Below, one piece after another: positions 9,836 to 21,159 of a stretch of DNA of 64,000 nt (positions are counted from its first letter, which is position 1; each line of letters opens with the position of its first letter). Under the pieces are notes generated by a model. The model searched no databases. It was not told where the DNA came from and saw nothing but the letters and a program-made list of their open reading frames with translations. The DNA is from an uncultured bacterium (GTDB lineage Bacteria; Babelota; Babeliae; Babelales; Babelaceae). The stretch covers positions 384,001 to 448,000 of the forward strand of contig CAWKFG010000004.1 of the NCBI GenBank assembly GCA_963848965.1, given 5' to 3'. A program made the translations under genes and the position numbers.

Positions 9836-10762
9836 ATGGAGCATACTACCATTCCAGCTGATATACCATGCACTATGCATGAAGAGTATGTCAAAAATTA
9901 TCTTGCGCTTACTAAAGGTACTGATCGTCTTTTACTATTTGCTGCAGATCATAAGATTGAGCATTTAGATAAAGATTTTCTTGGCCCTTCTATCGCTTCA
10001 GAAGCTCATAACCCCGAATATATCTTTAAAATTGCTCATCAAGGAACAATTGGCGCACTAGCAACACAGCTTGGGCTTATAGCGCGGTATGGAAAAAAAT
10101 ACCCTCATGTTAACTATATTGTTAAGCTTAATTCTAAAACAAACATAGTAGGTACTGAACATAAGGATCCCTTTAGTAGACAGCTCTGGCATGTTGAACA
10201 AGTAATTACATTTAAGCAGTTTTCTGGCCTTCTTATCCGTGGTATTGGCCTTACTGTTTATCTTGGAAGTGAATATGAAGATCTTATGCTTGAACAAGCA
10301 GCACAAGCTATATATAAAGCTCATCAACATGGTCTTATTTCCATCTTATGGATGTACCCTCGAGGAAAATACGTTCAAGATCCAAAAGACGGAGCACTTA
10401 CTGCTGGAGCTACTGGAGTTGCAACTGCATTAGGAGCCGACTTTACAAAAATTAATGTTCCTCATCCAACACACGAGCACTCGCGTACAGCACTCCTTAA
10501 AAGAGCTGTAGAAGCTGCAGGAACTACTAAAGTACTGTGTGCAGGTGGCCAAACACAACCGATTAACCAGTTATTACATGACGTTTATGAACAACTTACT
10601 AATGGGGGTACTGCAGGATTGGGTATCGGTCGCAACATTTATCAACGTCCATTCGACACAGCTATCGCTCTTACACAGGCGCTTTCTGCACTCATTTACG
10701 ATCACGTTGATACTACCACTGCTCTGCATATGGTAAAGAATCACCTCTCTACTCAACTATAA
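9836..10762 (+). CDS. fbaB: Class I (DhnA/FbaB-type) fructose-bisphosphate aldolase
   Basis: AADHKIEH, VKLNSKT, WMYPRG, LGADFTK (Schiff-base Lys), AGG, IGRNIYQ. Confidence 0.88.
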   Translation: MEHTTIPADIPCTMHEEYVKNYLALTKGTDRLLLFAADHKIEHLDKDFLGPSIASEAHNPEYIFKIAHQGTIGALATQLGLIARYGKKYPHVNYIVKLNSKTNIVGTEHKDPFSRQLWHVEQVITFKQFSGLLIRGIGLTVYLGSEYEDLMLEQAAQAIYKAHQHGLISILWMYPRGKYVQDPKDGALTAGATGVATALGADFTKINVPHPTHEHSRTALLKRAVEAAGTTKVLCAGGQTQPINQLLHDVYEQLTNGGTAGLGIGRNIYQRPFDTAIALTQALSALIYDHVDTTTALHMVKNHLSTQL

Positions 10763-10942
10763 GAGTATCATCAATCAGTGATAACTTATTTATTTTAATG
10801 AAGAAAACTCTATACATAAGTATTGAACAAAAGTAAGCGAGAGGATTCCTCCAGCTTCTGTAAGTGGAAGATGAATCTGGTTAGGTGTTATAAGCGTTGC
10901 ACAAGAGAGCAGCAAGCTTCCAATCTTCTTAACCATTACTTA

Positions 10943-12187
10943 CTAACGAATTGATTGGTACCCTCCTAAAACTCCTTTTTTAGAAAGAACAAGCTGCCAT
11001 AGTTGGGCACCACGTGCTCGGAAAAGTCCAGCACATGAAAGTAAATAGTATTTCCACATACGATAAAACTTGTCTCCGTAGGTATCTCTTAACGTTGGCC
11101 AGTTTCTGTCAAAATTTTCATACCAACTCATGAGCGTTTTATCGTAATCTGCACCAAAATTATGCCAATCTTCCATAACAAACAGATTTTCAAGTGCTGT
11201 ACCCACTTGAGCTATTGAAGGAATGAGACCATTAGGGAAAATATATTTTTCAATCCATGGATCTGGTACTGTTGTAGATATATTACCACCAATGGCATGC
11301 AGTAAAAAGAGTCCATTATTTTTAAGCACTTGATGTACACGCTCCATAAATGTTTTATAATTTTTGTATCCTACATGCTCAAACATGCCTACGCTTACAA
11401 CTCTATCAAAGATATCGTCTACATCTCGGTAATCTTGGAGCCTAATCTCTACAGGAAGACCCTTACAATAGTCTTGTGCAGTACGAGCTTGTTCTTTAGA
11501 AATGGTAACTCCCACTACTGAAACATTATACTTTTCTGCCATATAGCGAGCAAGTCCTCCCCAGCCACAACCAATATCAAGCACTTTCATACCTGGTTTT
11601 AGATATAGCTTCTTGCAAATAAGCTCAAGCTTATGCTCTTGAGCTTCATCTAAATGAGATGCATTTTTCCAATAACCGCATGAATAGATCATGCGCTTAT
11701 CAAGCATAGCTTTAAACAGATCATCTCCTAAGTCATAGTGTCGCTCGCCTACCTCAAAGGCCCGTGTTTTTGTTTGTAAATTCATAAGTTGTGCCTTAAG
11801 ATAAGCCCATAACCACGGCCATGTTAAAGAAATCTTATTGTAGAGCTCTGCACGCAAAATGCGAAAAAAGAAATCATCAAGCGCAGGGGTATCCCACCAG
11901 CCTTCTATATAAGCTTCACCAAGTCCAAGTGATCCTTGGCTCAATACACGATCATAGAGCTTATCATTATAGACAAGCATATCCCATGGGCGTGTTCCAT
12001 TAATACGTATATCTGCTTGTTCTAAAAGGTTTTGTGCTAATTTTTTTGAATCATTTTGTGAAAAACCCCGGTTTTTTATTACCACCAAAGAAAAAATAAA
12101 TACTAAGGTTGCTCCCCACCATACTGCTCGTACTCGTGTAGCCATAATACTTGACCCTTTTCCGCTCTCATTTTTATGTGTCTTCAT
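10943..12187 (-). CDS. cfa: Cyclopropane fatty acyl phospholipid synthase
   Basis: HYDLG, YSCGYW, VLDIGCGWG SAM motif, SVGMFEHVG, YIFPNG; start may be 12145. Confidence 0.95.
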   Translation of the reverse strand: MKTHKNESGKGSSIMATRVRAVWWGATLVFIFSLVVIKNRGFSQNDSKKLAQNLLEQADIRINGTRPWDMLVYNDKLYDRVLSQGSLGLGEAYIEGWWDTPALDDFFFRILRAELYNKISLTWPWLWAYLKAQLMNLQTKTRAFEVGERHYDLGDDLFKAMLDKRMIYSCGYWKNASHLDEAQEHKLELICKKLYLKPGMKVLDIGCGWGGLARYMAEKYNVSVVGVTISKEQARTAQDYCKGLPVEIRLQDYRDVDDIFDRVVSVGMFEHVGYKNYKTFMERVHQVLKNNGLFLLHAIGGNISTTVPDPWIEKYIFPNGLIPSIAQVGTALENLFVMEDWHNFGADYDKTLMSWYENFDRNWPTLRDTYGDKFYRMWKYYLLSCAGLFRARGAQLWQLVLSKKGVLGGYQSIR

Positions 12188-12332
12188 GTACCATACAAAA
12201 ATTTATTTCCTCGGTGCTATAAAATAATCACAAAAAATTCTTGTCTGTATGTTTTGCTGGTTGTATTTTCTTGCCAAGAACAACAGTTTTCTTGTAAAGT
12301 TTTAGTAAGAACCTATAAAGTAAAGGGCCCTT

Positions 12333-13382
12333 GTGAATAAAAACTATACTTCTCTTTTCTTTTTTACTGTCTTTACCCTTACTACATCAGCAGTTCCTCT
12401 GCCCTTAAAAAGAAACATTGTTATAGGTTTTATGGGCGATGTCATGATTGGCAGAACTGTTAATGAAAAAATAGAGCAAACGTCATATGCATACCCCTGG
12501 GGTAACATAAGATCCTTACTGCACAGCAACGACTTTAATATAATCAATTTAGAAACTACTCTTACTACAAGTACGACCAAAGTACCTAAAGTGTTCAATT
12601 TTAAAGCTAATCCCGATAAAGTACAAACATTGCTAGCAGGTTCTATTCATGTCGCTAATGTTGCCAATAATCATATCCTAGACTTTTCTCTAGAGGGTAT
12701 GTTTGAAACACTCGCTACACTAGATCAAGCAGGTATTAAGCATGTAGGCGCTGGGAAAAATGAATATGAAGCACGCACTCCTGTTATTTTAGAAAAAAAA
12801 GGCATTAGGATAGGAATTTTAGGATACACAGATAATGAACCAACATGGGCTGCAGAACCAGACAAACCAGGAACAAATTACATTAAAGTAGGTGACCTTA
12901 CTACAATCAAAGAAGATATTCAAAAACTCAAGAGATATGTTGATATCATTATAGTTTCGATCCATTGGGGCCCTAATTTTAGAGAAAAACCAAATCCCTA
13001 CTTTAGAGACTTTGCTCATAAAATAATAGAAAGTGGAGCAGATATTATTCATGGCCATAGTGCTCATATTTTGCAAGGTATAGAAGTTTATAAAGAGAAA
13101 CTTATTATGTACGATACAGGCGATTTTATTGACGATTATGCAGTACATTCTTTCTTACCAAATAACCAGTCTTGTTTATTCTTAGTATGCGTAAGTAAAG
13201 AAGGAGTACACAGGCTCCAGCTTGTTCCCGTTGTAATAAAAAATATGCAAGTTAATAAAGCCTACGCAAGAGACTATCATACTATTATAGAGAGAGTTAA
13301 AAAACTTTCCCAAGAGTTAGGAACACAGGTAACTGATACTGGAGAAGCCTTTATTAAAAAGCAAAACTATACCTTTTTATAA
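12333..13382 (+). CDS. CapA family (PGA_cap) metallophosphoesterase-like protein
   Basis: GDVM, NLE, ANNHILD, HWG, HGHSAH, GDF motifs. Confidence 0.9.
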   Translation: MNKNYTSLFFFTVFTLTTSAVPLPLKRNIVIGFMGDVMIGRTVNEKIEQTSYAYPWGNIRSLLHSNDFNIINLETTLTTSTTKVPKVFNFKANPDKVQTLLAGSIHVANVANNHILDFSLEGMFETLATLDQAGIKHVGAGKNEYEARTPVILEKKGIRIGILGYTDNEPTWAAEPDKPGTNYIKVGDLTTIKEDIQKLKRYVDIIIVSIHWGPNFREKPNPYFRDFAHKIIESGADIIHGHSAHILQGIEVYKEKLIMYDTGDFIDDYAVHSFLPNNQSCLFLVCVSKEGVHRLQLVPVVIKNMQVNKAYARDYHTIIERVKKLSQELGTQVTDTGEAFIKKQNYTFL

Positions 13383-13411
13383 AAAAAGGGGTCAGGAAAT
13401 CCTGACCCCTT
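13381..13411. terminator. Intrinsic terminator between the convergent capA-like gene and groEL
   Basis: AAGGGGTCAGGA-AA-TCCTGACCCCTT hairpin with an A-run on the left (U-tail for groEL on the - strand). Confidence 0.85.
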
Positions 13412-13421
13412 CGTTAAAAAC

Positions 13422-15062
13422 TTAGTACATTTCAGGCATACCCATACCACGGCCATGACCATGTCCATGAGCTGCTTCTTTCTTCTCTTCCGGAATCTCT
13501 GTAATAAGAGCTTCGGTAGTCAAAAGAAGACCTGCAATAGATGCAGCATTCTGCAATGCAGAACGTACTACTTTAGCAGGATCGATGATACCAGCCTTGA
13601 TCATATCAATAAATTCACCGGTCTTTGCATCAAACCCAAGAGCACCTGTCTCAGTGCGCACTTTGTTGACAATCACAGAAGCTTCATAGCCTGCATTTGA
13701 AGAGATAATACGTAGTGGCTCTTCAAGCGCACGAACAATTATTTGTGCACCAAGTTGCTCATCACCTTCAAGCTTGAGTTTGCCTACTACTTCTTGTGCC
13801 CGAAGTAATGCTACACCACCACCTGCTACAATACCTTCTTCTACAGCAGCACGAGTTGCATGCAATGCATCTTCAATACGATCTTTCTTCTCTTTCATTT
13901 CAGTTTCAGTAGCAGCACCAACTTTAATAACCGCTACACCACCAGAAAGCTTAGCAAGACGTTCTTGAAGCTTTTCTTTATCATAATCTGAAGTTGTATT
14001 CTCAATTTGAGCCTTGATTTGCATAATGCGGCCTTTAATAGCATCTGGGCTACCAGCACCTTCAATAATAGTAAAGGTATCTTTAGTAATAACCGCTTTC
14101 TTTGCACGACCCAAATCGTGAATCATGATATTTTCAAGCTTAACTCCAAGCTCCTCTGATACCATTTTGCCACCAGTAAGGATTGCAATATCCTCAAGCA
14201 TCGCTTTACGTCTATCACCAAATCCAGGAGCTTTTACAGCAACTGCATTAAGCGTTCCACGAAGCTTATTTACCACTAAGGTTGCAAGAGCTTCACCTTC
14301 AATATCTTCTGCAATAATAAAGAGCGGACGACCTGCTTTTGCAATTTGCTCAAGTACAGGCAATAAGCTCTTCATACTTGATATTTTTTTGTCATAAAGC
14401 AAGATAAATGGATCTTGAAGCACTGCTTCCATCTTTTCAGCATCCGTTACAAAGTAAGGAGAAATGTACCCACGATCACATTGCATACCATCAACGAACG
14501 CAATTTCACTTTCCATACTCTTTGCTTCTTCAACGGTAATAACACCATCTCGGCCTACACGTTCCATTGCTTGAGCAATTTGCTCACCAATAAACGTATC
14601 AGAGTTTGCAGAAATAGTAGCTACTTGCTGAATCTCTTTTTTATCACTTACTTTCTTTGATTGATCTTTAATATATTCAACTACTGCAGTAACTGCTTTA
14701 TCAATACCGCGCTTTACTTCCATTGGATTTGCACCAGCAGTTACAAACTTATTACCTTCTCTAAAGATCGCTTGTGTAAGCACTGTCGCCGTTGTTGTTC
14801 CATCACCAGCTACATCAGCAGTTTTGCTTGCAGCTTCACGAACCATTTGAGCACCCATATTTTCAAGTGAATCTGGAAGCTCAATCTCCTTTGCAACACT
14901 CACACCGTCTTTGGTAATCGCAGGAGCACCAAACTTTTTTTCATAGGCAACATTACGACCACGGGGCCCAAGAGTTACCTTTACTGCATTTGCTAGTGCA
15001 TCAACACCTTGTGCAAGCTTTTGACGAGCATCAGCACCATACAAAATTTTCTTTCCAGCCAT
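13422..15062 (-). CDS. groL: Chaperonin GroEL
   Basis: [39 protein letters not shown]. Confidence 0.99.
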   Translation of the reverse strand: MAGKKILYGADARQKLAQGVDALANAVKVTLGPRGRNVAYEKKFGAPAITKDGVSVAKEIELPDSLENMGAQMVREAASKTADVAGDGTTTATVLTQAIFREGNKFVTAGANPMEVKRGIDKAVTAVVEYIKDQSKKVSDKKEIQQVATISANSDTFIGEQIAQAMERVGRDGVITVEEAKSMESEIAFVDGMQCDRGYISPYFVTDAEKMEAVLQDPFILLYDKKISSMKSLLPVLEQIAKAGRPLFIIAEDIEGEALATLVVNKLRGTLNAVAVKAPGFGDRRKAMLEDIAILTGGKMVSEELGVKLENIMIHDLGRAKKAVITKDTFTIIEGAGSPDAIKGRIMQIKAQIENTTSDYDKEKLQERLAKLSGGVAVIKVGAATETEMKEKKDRIEDALHATRAAVEEGIVAGGGVALLRAQEVVGKLKLEGDEQLGAQIIVRALEEPLRIISSNAGYEASVIVNKVRTETGALGFDAKTGEFIDMIKAGIIDPAKVVRSALQNAASIAGLLLTTEALITEIPEEKKEAAHGHGHGRGMGMPEMY

Positions 15063-15089
15063 TGTTTTCTATCCTATTTCGATTAATTA

Positions 15090-15374
15090 TTATTCAACAA
15101 TACCAAGAATTTCTTCTTCTCTGATAATAACAAGTTCTGAACTTGCTTCAGTACCTGCATACTTACCAAAGAAGACAACATCGCCTACTTTTACTTGCAT
15201 AGGCATCGTTTTGCCATCGTTGAGCACTCGCCCTGTTCCTATGGCAAGCACTTTTCCTGTCTGGCCTTTCTCTTTAGCCACATCAGGAATAATAATTCCA
15301 GCCGCTGTCTTTTCCTCATGAGGAATTCGCTTGACCAATACTCGATCAAGAAGCGGACGAATTTTCTCTACCAT
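15090..15374 (-). CDS. groS: Co-chaperonin GroES
   Basis: [21 protein letters not shown]; directly upstream of groL. Confidence 0.98.
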   Translation of the reverse strand: MVEKIRPLLDRVLVKRIPHEEKTAAGIIIPDVAKEKGQTGKVLAIGTGRVLNDGKTMPMQVKVGDVVFFGKYAGTEASSELVIIREEEILGIVE

Positions 15375-15569
15375 GCATCCTCCTTATAGATACACAAGGT
15401 TATTACTTCTACTATATTTTTAGTATACCTGATAGGAAAAATTATGCAATATTTTATAGGAAGTGACTCATATTTTCTTATATAGTAGAGCTCAAAACTT
15501 ATTTACGTAGATATAACTCCTCTAGACAATAATAAAAGACCTCGTTCACAATCTTATGAAAGAGACTTA

Positions 15570-16817
15570 TCAATTATCCCGCGCAGTACGCAAAATACTA
15601 CTAATAGCAGAATGCTTTTTCTCTTCTGCCATATCCAAAGCCGTCTTACCAGAAGAATTTCTACAATCGACACGAGCACCATAAGCAAGAAGTATTTTTA
15701 CAATATCTTGATAGCCAAGTCTAGCTGCATATATTAAAGCAGTATTGCCACTATACTTTTCTTGAATATCGGCAGCTGCGCCTCTTTCTAAAAGTATTTG
15801 CACTACATCTTTATGGCCCTTTTGTACAGCTTCAATAAGTGCCGTTCTGCCTTCCGCTTGATTGTATAGCTTTTGCGTATAATCTAATATATACCATTGA
15901 GCATTACTATCAGCATTGTAAGCAAGCAGTAGTTCTACTATAGCTGTCTGGCCATTTTTTGCAGCCACCATTAGAGGAGTATTACCATTGTTGTCTCTGC
16001 TATTAGGATCAACGTTAACATCCAAGAGCATCTTTACAAGCTCTTCGTACCCATCATAAGCTGCCTGAGTTAAAGCAATACTTTTACTCTGAAGATCAAT
16101 ATGAGCATGGTACATCAAAAGGACCTTTACTACATTTATACATTTACCCTGTACTGCACGAACTAAAGCAGTCCCATAATTATTATCTTGTACATTAATA
16201 TTGACACCTTGCTCAAGTAAATTTTGAACTATAGCTGCGTTGCCCTCTGTTGCTGCCTTTAAGAATTGGTTTTGTTGATTATTTCTTTTTAACCATATAC
16301 GAGCTCCCTCAGTCTCAAGAGCCTTCATATAATCTTCTAATATATAGGCTGTATTTCTTCTATGCGTATTTAGAATGCATTTGGTAAGGAGTCTCGCAAA
16401 GTCTGGGCTATTAAAAAAAGGAGCAAGTACCTTATAGTCTGCTACTTCTTTTACTTTTTGCAGTGCTTCCTGAATGCTTTTAGTTTGTTTTATAAGTTCT
16501 GGTAACGAAAAGAGATGCTGAAACTCCGGCTCGCTAAAAAAAGGCACACATAGCTTAAGTTTCGCTATTTTTTGTAATGAGGTGAGTGCTTCTTCAAGTG
16601 AAGATGCTTGTATAACCGCCTGAGGAATGTAAAGAACGAGCAATTTCTTAAGATCTTGCGGCAGAGCTGCTAAAAAATCGCTTGGACAAACATATTCTTT
16701 TTTCTTATTAAAAGCACCTACAAAAAGCGAAAACCAACTAGTAGCTTGAGGCTCTTGGTGCTCCATTGCCTTAAGCTGTATAAAAGTAATAAGAAATAGA
16801 GCTATAATCTTTCTCAT
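15570..16817 (-). CDS. Secreted ankyrin repeat protein with F-box-like motif
   Basis: Signal peptide then AME; LAALPQDLKKLL; about six C-terminal ankyrin repeats. Confidence 0.88.
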   Translation of the reverse strand: MRKIIALFLITFIQLKAMEHQEPQATSWFSLFVGAFNKKKEYVCPSDFLAALPQDLKKLLVLYIPQAVIQASSLEEALTSLQKIAKLKLCVPFFSEPEFQHLFSLPELIKQTKSIQEALQKVKEVADYKVLAPFFNSPDFARLLTKCILNTHRRNTAYILEDYMKALETEGARIWLKRNNQQNQFLKAATEGNAAIVQNLLEQGVNINVQDNNYGTALVRAVQGKCINVVKVLLMYHAHIDLQSKSIALTQAAYDGYEELVKMLLDVNVDPNSRDNNGNTPLMVAAKNGQTAIVELLLAYNADSNAQWYILDYTQKLYNQAEGRTALIEAVQKGHKDVVQILLERGAAADIQEKYSGNTALIYAARLGYQDIVKILLAYGARVDCRNSSGKTALDMAEEKKHSAISSILRTARDN

Positions 16818-17129
16818 CGTAAATATACCTTTCTTTAGTAATCTTGAGCAAAAAACTATTTATAAACAGAGAGAGCATACCTTAGCAGTATACTTAGTAG
16901 TATAATTGTATTATATAATAGAAATAATTCAAGTTAAATTGCACCAAAAAATAATTTTTTAGAAGAGCTATTACCTTATACTACAATTCAAGCTTTTAAC
17001 CTATGAAAAGCAACAAAGAACCATTTCTAGGAGATACAAAAAACAAAATATTAAAATAAGTTCTCCTTTTTTTTCAATTCTGGTGTAAACTTAAAAAAAA
17101 GATCTTTCAAAACCTTAACCAACTATACC

Positions 17130-17777
17130 ATGAATGCCATCTATCCATCACTTATTTCAGCCAATCTCTTGTGTTTAGCAGAAGAAATAGAAACATTAGA
17201 GCCATATGCAGCCGGATTTCATCTTGATGTTATGGATTTTCATTTTGTTCCTAATCTTACCTGGGGTCCTGATTTTATCAATGCTATTAGAGCAAAAGCT
17301 GCCAAGCAGTTATTAGTTCATCTTATGGTAGAATACCCAGAAAAATATTTTGACCGTTTTAAGCTCCATCCACAAGATATTATTTCAATTCATTTAGAGA
17401 GCCCTTCTTTATATTCTTTACCAGAACTTTATAAAGAAATTACCTCTCGTGGCTGGATACCAAGTATTGCCATTAATCCTTACACACCTCTTGAGGCACT
17501 TATTTCTCTTACTATACCTCTTAAGCACGTGCTTTTGATGTCTGTTGAACCAGGCTTTTCTGGCCAAAAGTTTTTACCCTTTATCCTTAAAAAGCTTAAG
17601 GCTTTAAATGACTTTCGTGCTGCACATAATCTTTCTTTTACTATTAGTGTCGATGGTGGTATTACCACCGATATAGCCAAAGAATTAGCCAAAAATGGAG
17701 CAAATCAGCTTGCTATAGCCTCGGCAATATTTCAAGCGCCAAACCCAGTAAAAGCTTTAGAGCAACTTTCACAATAA
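17130..17777 (+). CDS. rpe: Ribulose-phosphate 3-epimerase
   Basis: HLDVMDFHFVPN, HLMV, MSVEPGFSGQ, VDGGI. Confidence 0.96.
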   Translation: MNAIYPSLISANLLCLAEEIETLEPYAAGFHLDVMDFHFVPNLTWGPDFINAIRAKAAKQLLVHLMVEYPEKYFDRFKLHPQDIISIHLESPSLYSLPELYKEITSRGWIPSIAINPYTPLEALISLTIPLKHVLLMSVEPGFSGQKFLPFILKKLKALNDFRAAHNLSFTISVDGGITTDIAKELAKNGANQLAIASAIFQAPNPVKALEQLSQ

Positions 17778-17851
17778 ACCCTTGCTACACTCTTTGAATT
17801 TTATTTATAATTGAATTAATAAAAGTATCGTATATAAACAAAGGGTGTTTT

Positions 17852-18268
17852 ATGAAAAAATTATTAGTAGTTGGAGTATCATTACTTACTATTTCTGCCT
17901 TACAAGCACAAGATACTACTCCTGGATTCTGGGAAAGAACGAAAGAGGCTTTTCGTAGAGGGGTAGAAAAGGTAACTCCTGAGGAACATGGATCAGCAGA
18001 TAGTGGCACAATAACCTCAGGGTCATATGGCACTTACGAGCCTACACATGTAGCATATGGCGCACCTACCACAGAACGAGCAGAAAAGGCTGTAGAACAT
18101 GGCTGGGAGAAGACTAAAGAATGGACTCGAGAAGCATGGGAAAAAACTAAAGAAGCATTTAGAAATCTTGCTCAACGTACTAGAGAAGCATTTGGTGCAA
18201 GAGGAGAAAGGCACACTACACCTGTAGCAACTCCAGTTCCAACACAAAGACCTACAGATGCTCGATAA
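17852..18268 (+). CDS. Secreted protein with WE(K/R)TKE amphipathic repeats
   Basis: Signal peptide; WERTKEAF, WEKTKEW, WEKTKEAF; terminator downstream. Confidence 0.75.
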   Translation: MKKLLVVGVSLLTISALQAQDTTPGFWERTKEAFRRGVEKVTPEEHGSADSGTITSGSYGTYEPTHVAYGAPTTERAEKAVEHGWEKTKEWTREAWEKTKEAFRNLAQRTREAFGARGERHTTPVATPVPTQRPTDAR

Positions 18269-18281
18269 CATAAGCTCACTG

Positions 18282-18310
18282 AAACTGCCCGTAGAAAGCG
18301 GGCAGTTTTT
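18282..18310. terminator. Intrinsic terminator
   Basis: AAACTGCCCG-loop-CGGGCAGTTTTT. Confidence 0.8.
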
Positions 18311-19379
18311 ATTTTTGCCACTTTTCTAAGAATGCCATAATCTTTAGACGTAGTTCTTCAGTAGTTGGATTATCTGGATTTGGATGAGCTATAGCATGCA
18401 TAACTTCTCGCAATCGTAGAGAAAGTAAAAGTTTGAATGTACTATCCGCCCGCATTAAAGGTGTATACCCTTGATCATCTATAAGCTGTGGGTTCGCTCC
18501 TGCTGCAAAAAGCAACTCAACAATAGTAAGGTGCTGAAATTCAAGCAAATGAGAACCTGCTATAATGTGTAAAGCAGTTTGATTACCATTGGCACGAGCG
18601 TTGGGATCAACTTTATATAAAAGTAGTAATTCAACTATTTTCGTATGCCCCTGATGCGCTGCCCATGTTAAAAGAGGATAATGCAAAGTATCTGTTTTAG
18701 GAGTAATAAGGGGATCTGCTCCGTACTCAAGAAGTGTTTTTACAATTTCGACCTGTCCATCATAAACAGCCTCAAAAAGAATAGTTCTTTGATCCGGAGT
18801 TTGAACATGTGTAAGAAACTTTAAAAATGAATTATCCTTTATCTTCCTTGCATAAGCAATAAACTGTTCAATACATGACCAATGGCGCATACGCCATTTT
18901 TCTTTACCAAGTGATCTAAATGAAGTACTTGTTGGCTTTTCAGAAGGACCTTGATACTCTTCTAAAAGAATAAACCAGAGAATTTTAGGAGCAATACCCA
19001 TTAAAGATCCTGCCTCAATAGGATTTATAGAAAATCTCGTACAAAAAGCAGTGAGAAGCTTCTCAAGATACTCAAAATCATACCTGAGCCTCATTTTAGA
19101 ACTTCCTACAAGGCCATCATGAGCCTGCATATATGCTTTAATAGTTTCTGCAACAACCTCACGTTCAGAAGAAGCTAATCTTAGAAACCTCTGAAACTTC
19201 TGACTAAATGTACTTTTACCCCAAACTATATCCACAAGAAGCTGCCCTCTGAGCTCATAAGGTAGTCTCATTAGAAAACTTGAATCATTCCTAAGTTTTT
19301 GTCTTTGCATACTAAAAAGTGAGCAGGGAAGAAACAGCAAAACTAATAAAAAGAATCTCATCATAGCTATTATCCACAT
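18309..19379 (-). CDS. Secreted ankyrin repeat protein with F-box-like motif
   Basis: Signal peptide; LMRLPYELRGQLL; ankyrin motifs (TALH, GYTPL). Confidence 0.85.
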   Translation of the reverse strand: MWIIAMMRFFLLVLLFLPCSLFSMQRQKLRNDSSFLMRLPYELRGQLLVDIVWGKSTFSQKFQRFLRLASSEREVVAETIKAYMQAHDGLVGSSKMRLRYDFEYLEKLLTAFCTRFSINPIEAGSLMGIAPKILWFILLEEYQGPSEKPTSTSFRSLGKEKWRMRHWSCIEQFIAYARKIKDNSFLKFLTHVQTPDQRTILFEAVYDGQVEIVKTLLEYGADPLITPKTDTLHYPLLTWAAHQGHTKIVELLLLYKVDPNARANGNQTALHIIAGSHLLEFQHLTIVELLFAAGANPQLIDDQGYTPLMRADSTFKLLLSLRLREVMHAIAHPNPDNPTTEELRLKIMAFLEKWQK

Positions 19380-19629
19380 TTAATTAATAATAGAAAATTA
19401 TAATATAAGTTTAGCTATTTTTAAGCATCAGTCAATACTAAATAAAATGACTTTTTGAGAAATCCCATAAAGCCACTCTAGAGCTGTACATCGAAAAATA
19501 AAGATTTTCTTCGTGCTCATTTGACAAACACGAAATAAAGCTTAAAATATATAAGTGAAAATGCTTAATATAATGAAAAACTCATTCTGATCAGAGTTTT
19601 GATACACTGTATAGTTATTTATTAGCTTT

Positions 19630-20466
19630 ATGAAACATATACTACATAATAAGGATAATTTTATGTCATATATAAAGCTCTTTGCTTTTTTTACTTTTTT
19701 AATCCCTCATGTAGGACTTTTAGGAAGAATGTGCAGTACAAAGCTCAGCTCAAGAAAATCCCTTACATTGCCCTTTCCTGCTTCTTTAGAGAAACAGCAT
19801 GTAAAGAGGTTACGAAGCTTCTTAGTACAAGATGACGATTGGTCATGTGCTCTACGCTCCGTTTTTCATATACAAGCTATTGAAGATGCTCTTAAAGATC
19901 CTAAACATTTTGAAGAACGCCTTAAGGCTAATTTACAAAAGAAAAAAACTCTTCATGCTCTTGACACTTCTTATGGAATAGATCAAGGGTTTTTACCTCA
20001 TGAGATTTACGCAGTAGCCAAGAAAGCAGGTCTTAAAGGAAAAGTTATCTGCTTAGATCTTGAAGAGTACTCTCAAGAAATATACTGTCCATTACATTGT
20101 AAACGTAAAAAGCCTCTCCAGGAGCTTCTTACACATCTTACTAACTGTGCTCAAAAACCACCGTGCGCTGTCTATGTTATAGCAGGAACAGACTATCATG
20201 CAATTTTATTTGCTTTTGTAAATCTTCCACAAGAACCAGCACGTCTCTATATGATAGATTCAATCAATACGGGCCTTACACCAGATAGAAAACAATACAT
20301 CAAGCTTTTTCTTCCTTATCTTAAAAAGATAAATAAAGCTAAAAAAGAACATGCACAACTCAAAACATTTGCAGCAAAAAATAGTATGGATCACCCATTA
20401 CTTTACGCTCTTTATCAACCTTATAGAGAGCTGAACACTGCACCTATGTCTGAGAAAGCCCCTTGA
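19630..20466 (+). CDS. Putative papain-fold cysteine protease (paralog 1)
   Basis: QDDDWSCALR...YHAILF...YMIDS; start may be 19663. Confidence 0.55.
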   Translation: MKHILHNKDNFMSYIKLFAFFTFLIPHVGLLGRMCSTKLSSRKSLTLPFPASLEKQHVKRLRSFLVQDDDWSCALRSVFHIQAIEDALKDPKHFEERLKANLQKKKTLHALDTSYGIDQGFLPHEIYAVAKKAGLKGKVICLDLEEYSQEIYCPLHCKRKKPLQELLTHLTNCAQKPPCAVYVIAGTDYHAILFAFVNLPQEPARLYMIDSINTGLTPDRKQYIKLFLPYLKKINKAKKEHAQLKTFAAKNSMDHPLLYALYQPYRELNTAPMSEKAP

Positions 20467-20587
20467 CAATTGACAATTATGCTATAATATATATTTTAGT
20501 TGATTATATATTTTAAGTTGAACTGACAAGGGCCATTAAAGCTCTTTACACAGTTACTCATAACCATTTTTACAAAGGATTAGTATT

Positions 20588-21124
20588 ATGCAAATACGAT
20601 CACTCTTATTACCAGTATTGCTACTTGTAGGAGCAAACTTAGTAGGCGAAACTAACCAAGGATGTTCTGGTGGTGTATGCTCTCTTAAAAGAGCACAACC
20701 AGTAAGAACCGTTAAACCTGCAGCACGGCCGCAATCTTGTACTACGTGTGTTGTTCGTACACCACAACGTACACAAAAACCTGCAAAGAGATCTGCTCGT
20801 AGAAAGCATACCCAACGTAGAGCTTCACGATCATCTTGTAACAGCAAAGCTTGTAGAACAAAAAGAGTAACTGCACGTCCAGTACAAGCAAAGCCAGCGC
20901 AACAACCTGTAGTAGCTCCAAAAGCACAAAAATCAGGAGTACATCCAATTGCAGCAAAAGCACTTTGGTTTGCGCTTAACAATAAAAAGGCAATTGTTCC
21001 ACCACAATCAGTACAATGCCCATTTGCACAACAACGTTTAGCAGCTCAAAAATCAGCTAATACCTGCAAGGCTTCAAATTCTTGCAAGATTGGTTCAGCA
21101 ATCGCTGCAAAATATAGCCGCTAA
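20588..21124 (+). CDS. Secreted basic Cys/Pro/Arg/Lys-rich protein
   Basis: AAGGA RBS, signal peptide, low-complexity basic region, terminator downstream. Confidence 0.7.
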   Translation: MQIRSLLLPVLLLVGANLVGETNQGCSGGVCSLKRAQPVRTVKPAARPQSCTTCVVRTPQRTQKPAKRSARRKHTQRRASRSSCNSKACRTKRVTARPVQAKPAQQPVVAPKAQKSGVHPIAAKALWFALNNKKAIVPPQSVQCPFAQQRLAAQKSANTCKASNSCKIGSAIAAKYSR

Positions 21125-21132
21125 AAACTATC

Positions 21133-21159
21133 GCTCCCGCTTGAAGCGGGAGCTTTTTT
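21133..21159 (+). terminator. Intrinsic terminator
   Basis: GCTCCCGCT-TGA-AGCGGGAGC followed by a T-run. Confidence 0.85.

Noticed and set aside
10820..10880. Possible IS200/IS605-type end remnants here and at about 45430-45460
   Set aside because: Only imperfect hairpins with no associated transposase or nuclease; resemblance too weak
13455..15389. Several + strand ORFs over groEL/groES
   Set aside because: Antisense shadows of highly conserved genes with no recognisable motifs
15375..15560. CIRCE operator upstream of groES
   Set aside because: No TTAGCACTC-N9-GAGTGCTAA found by eye
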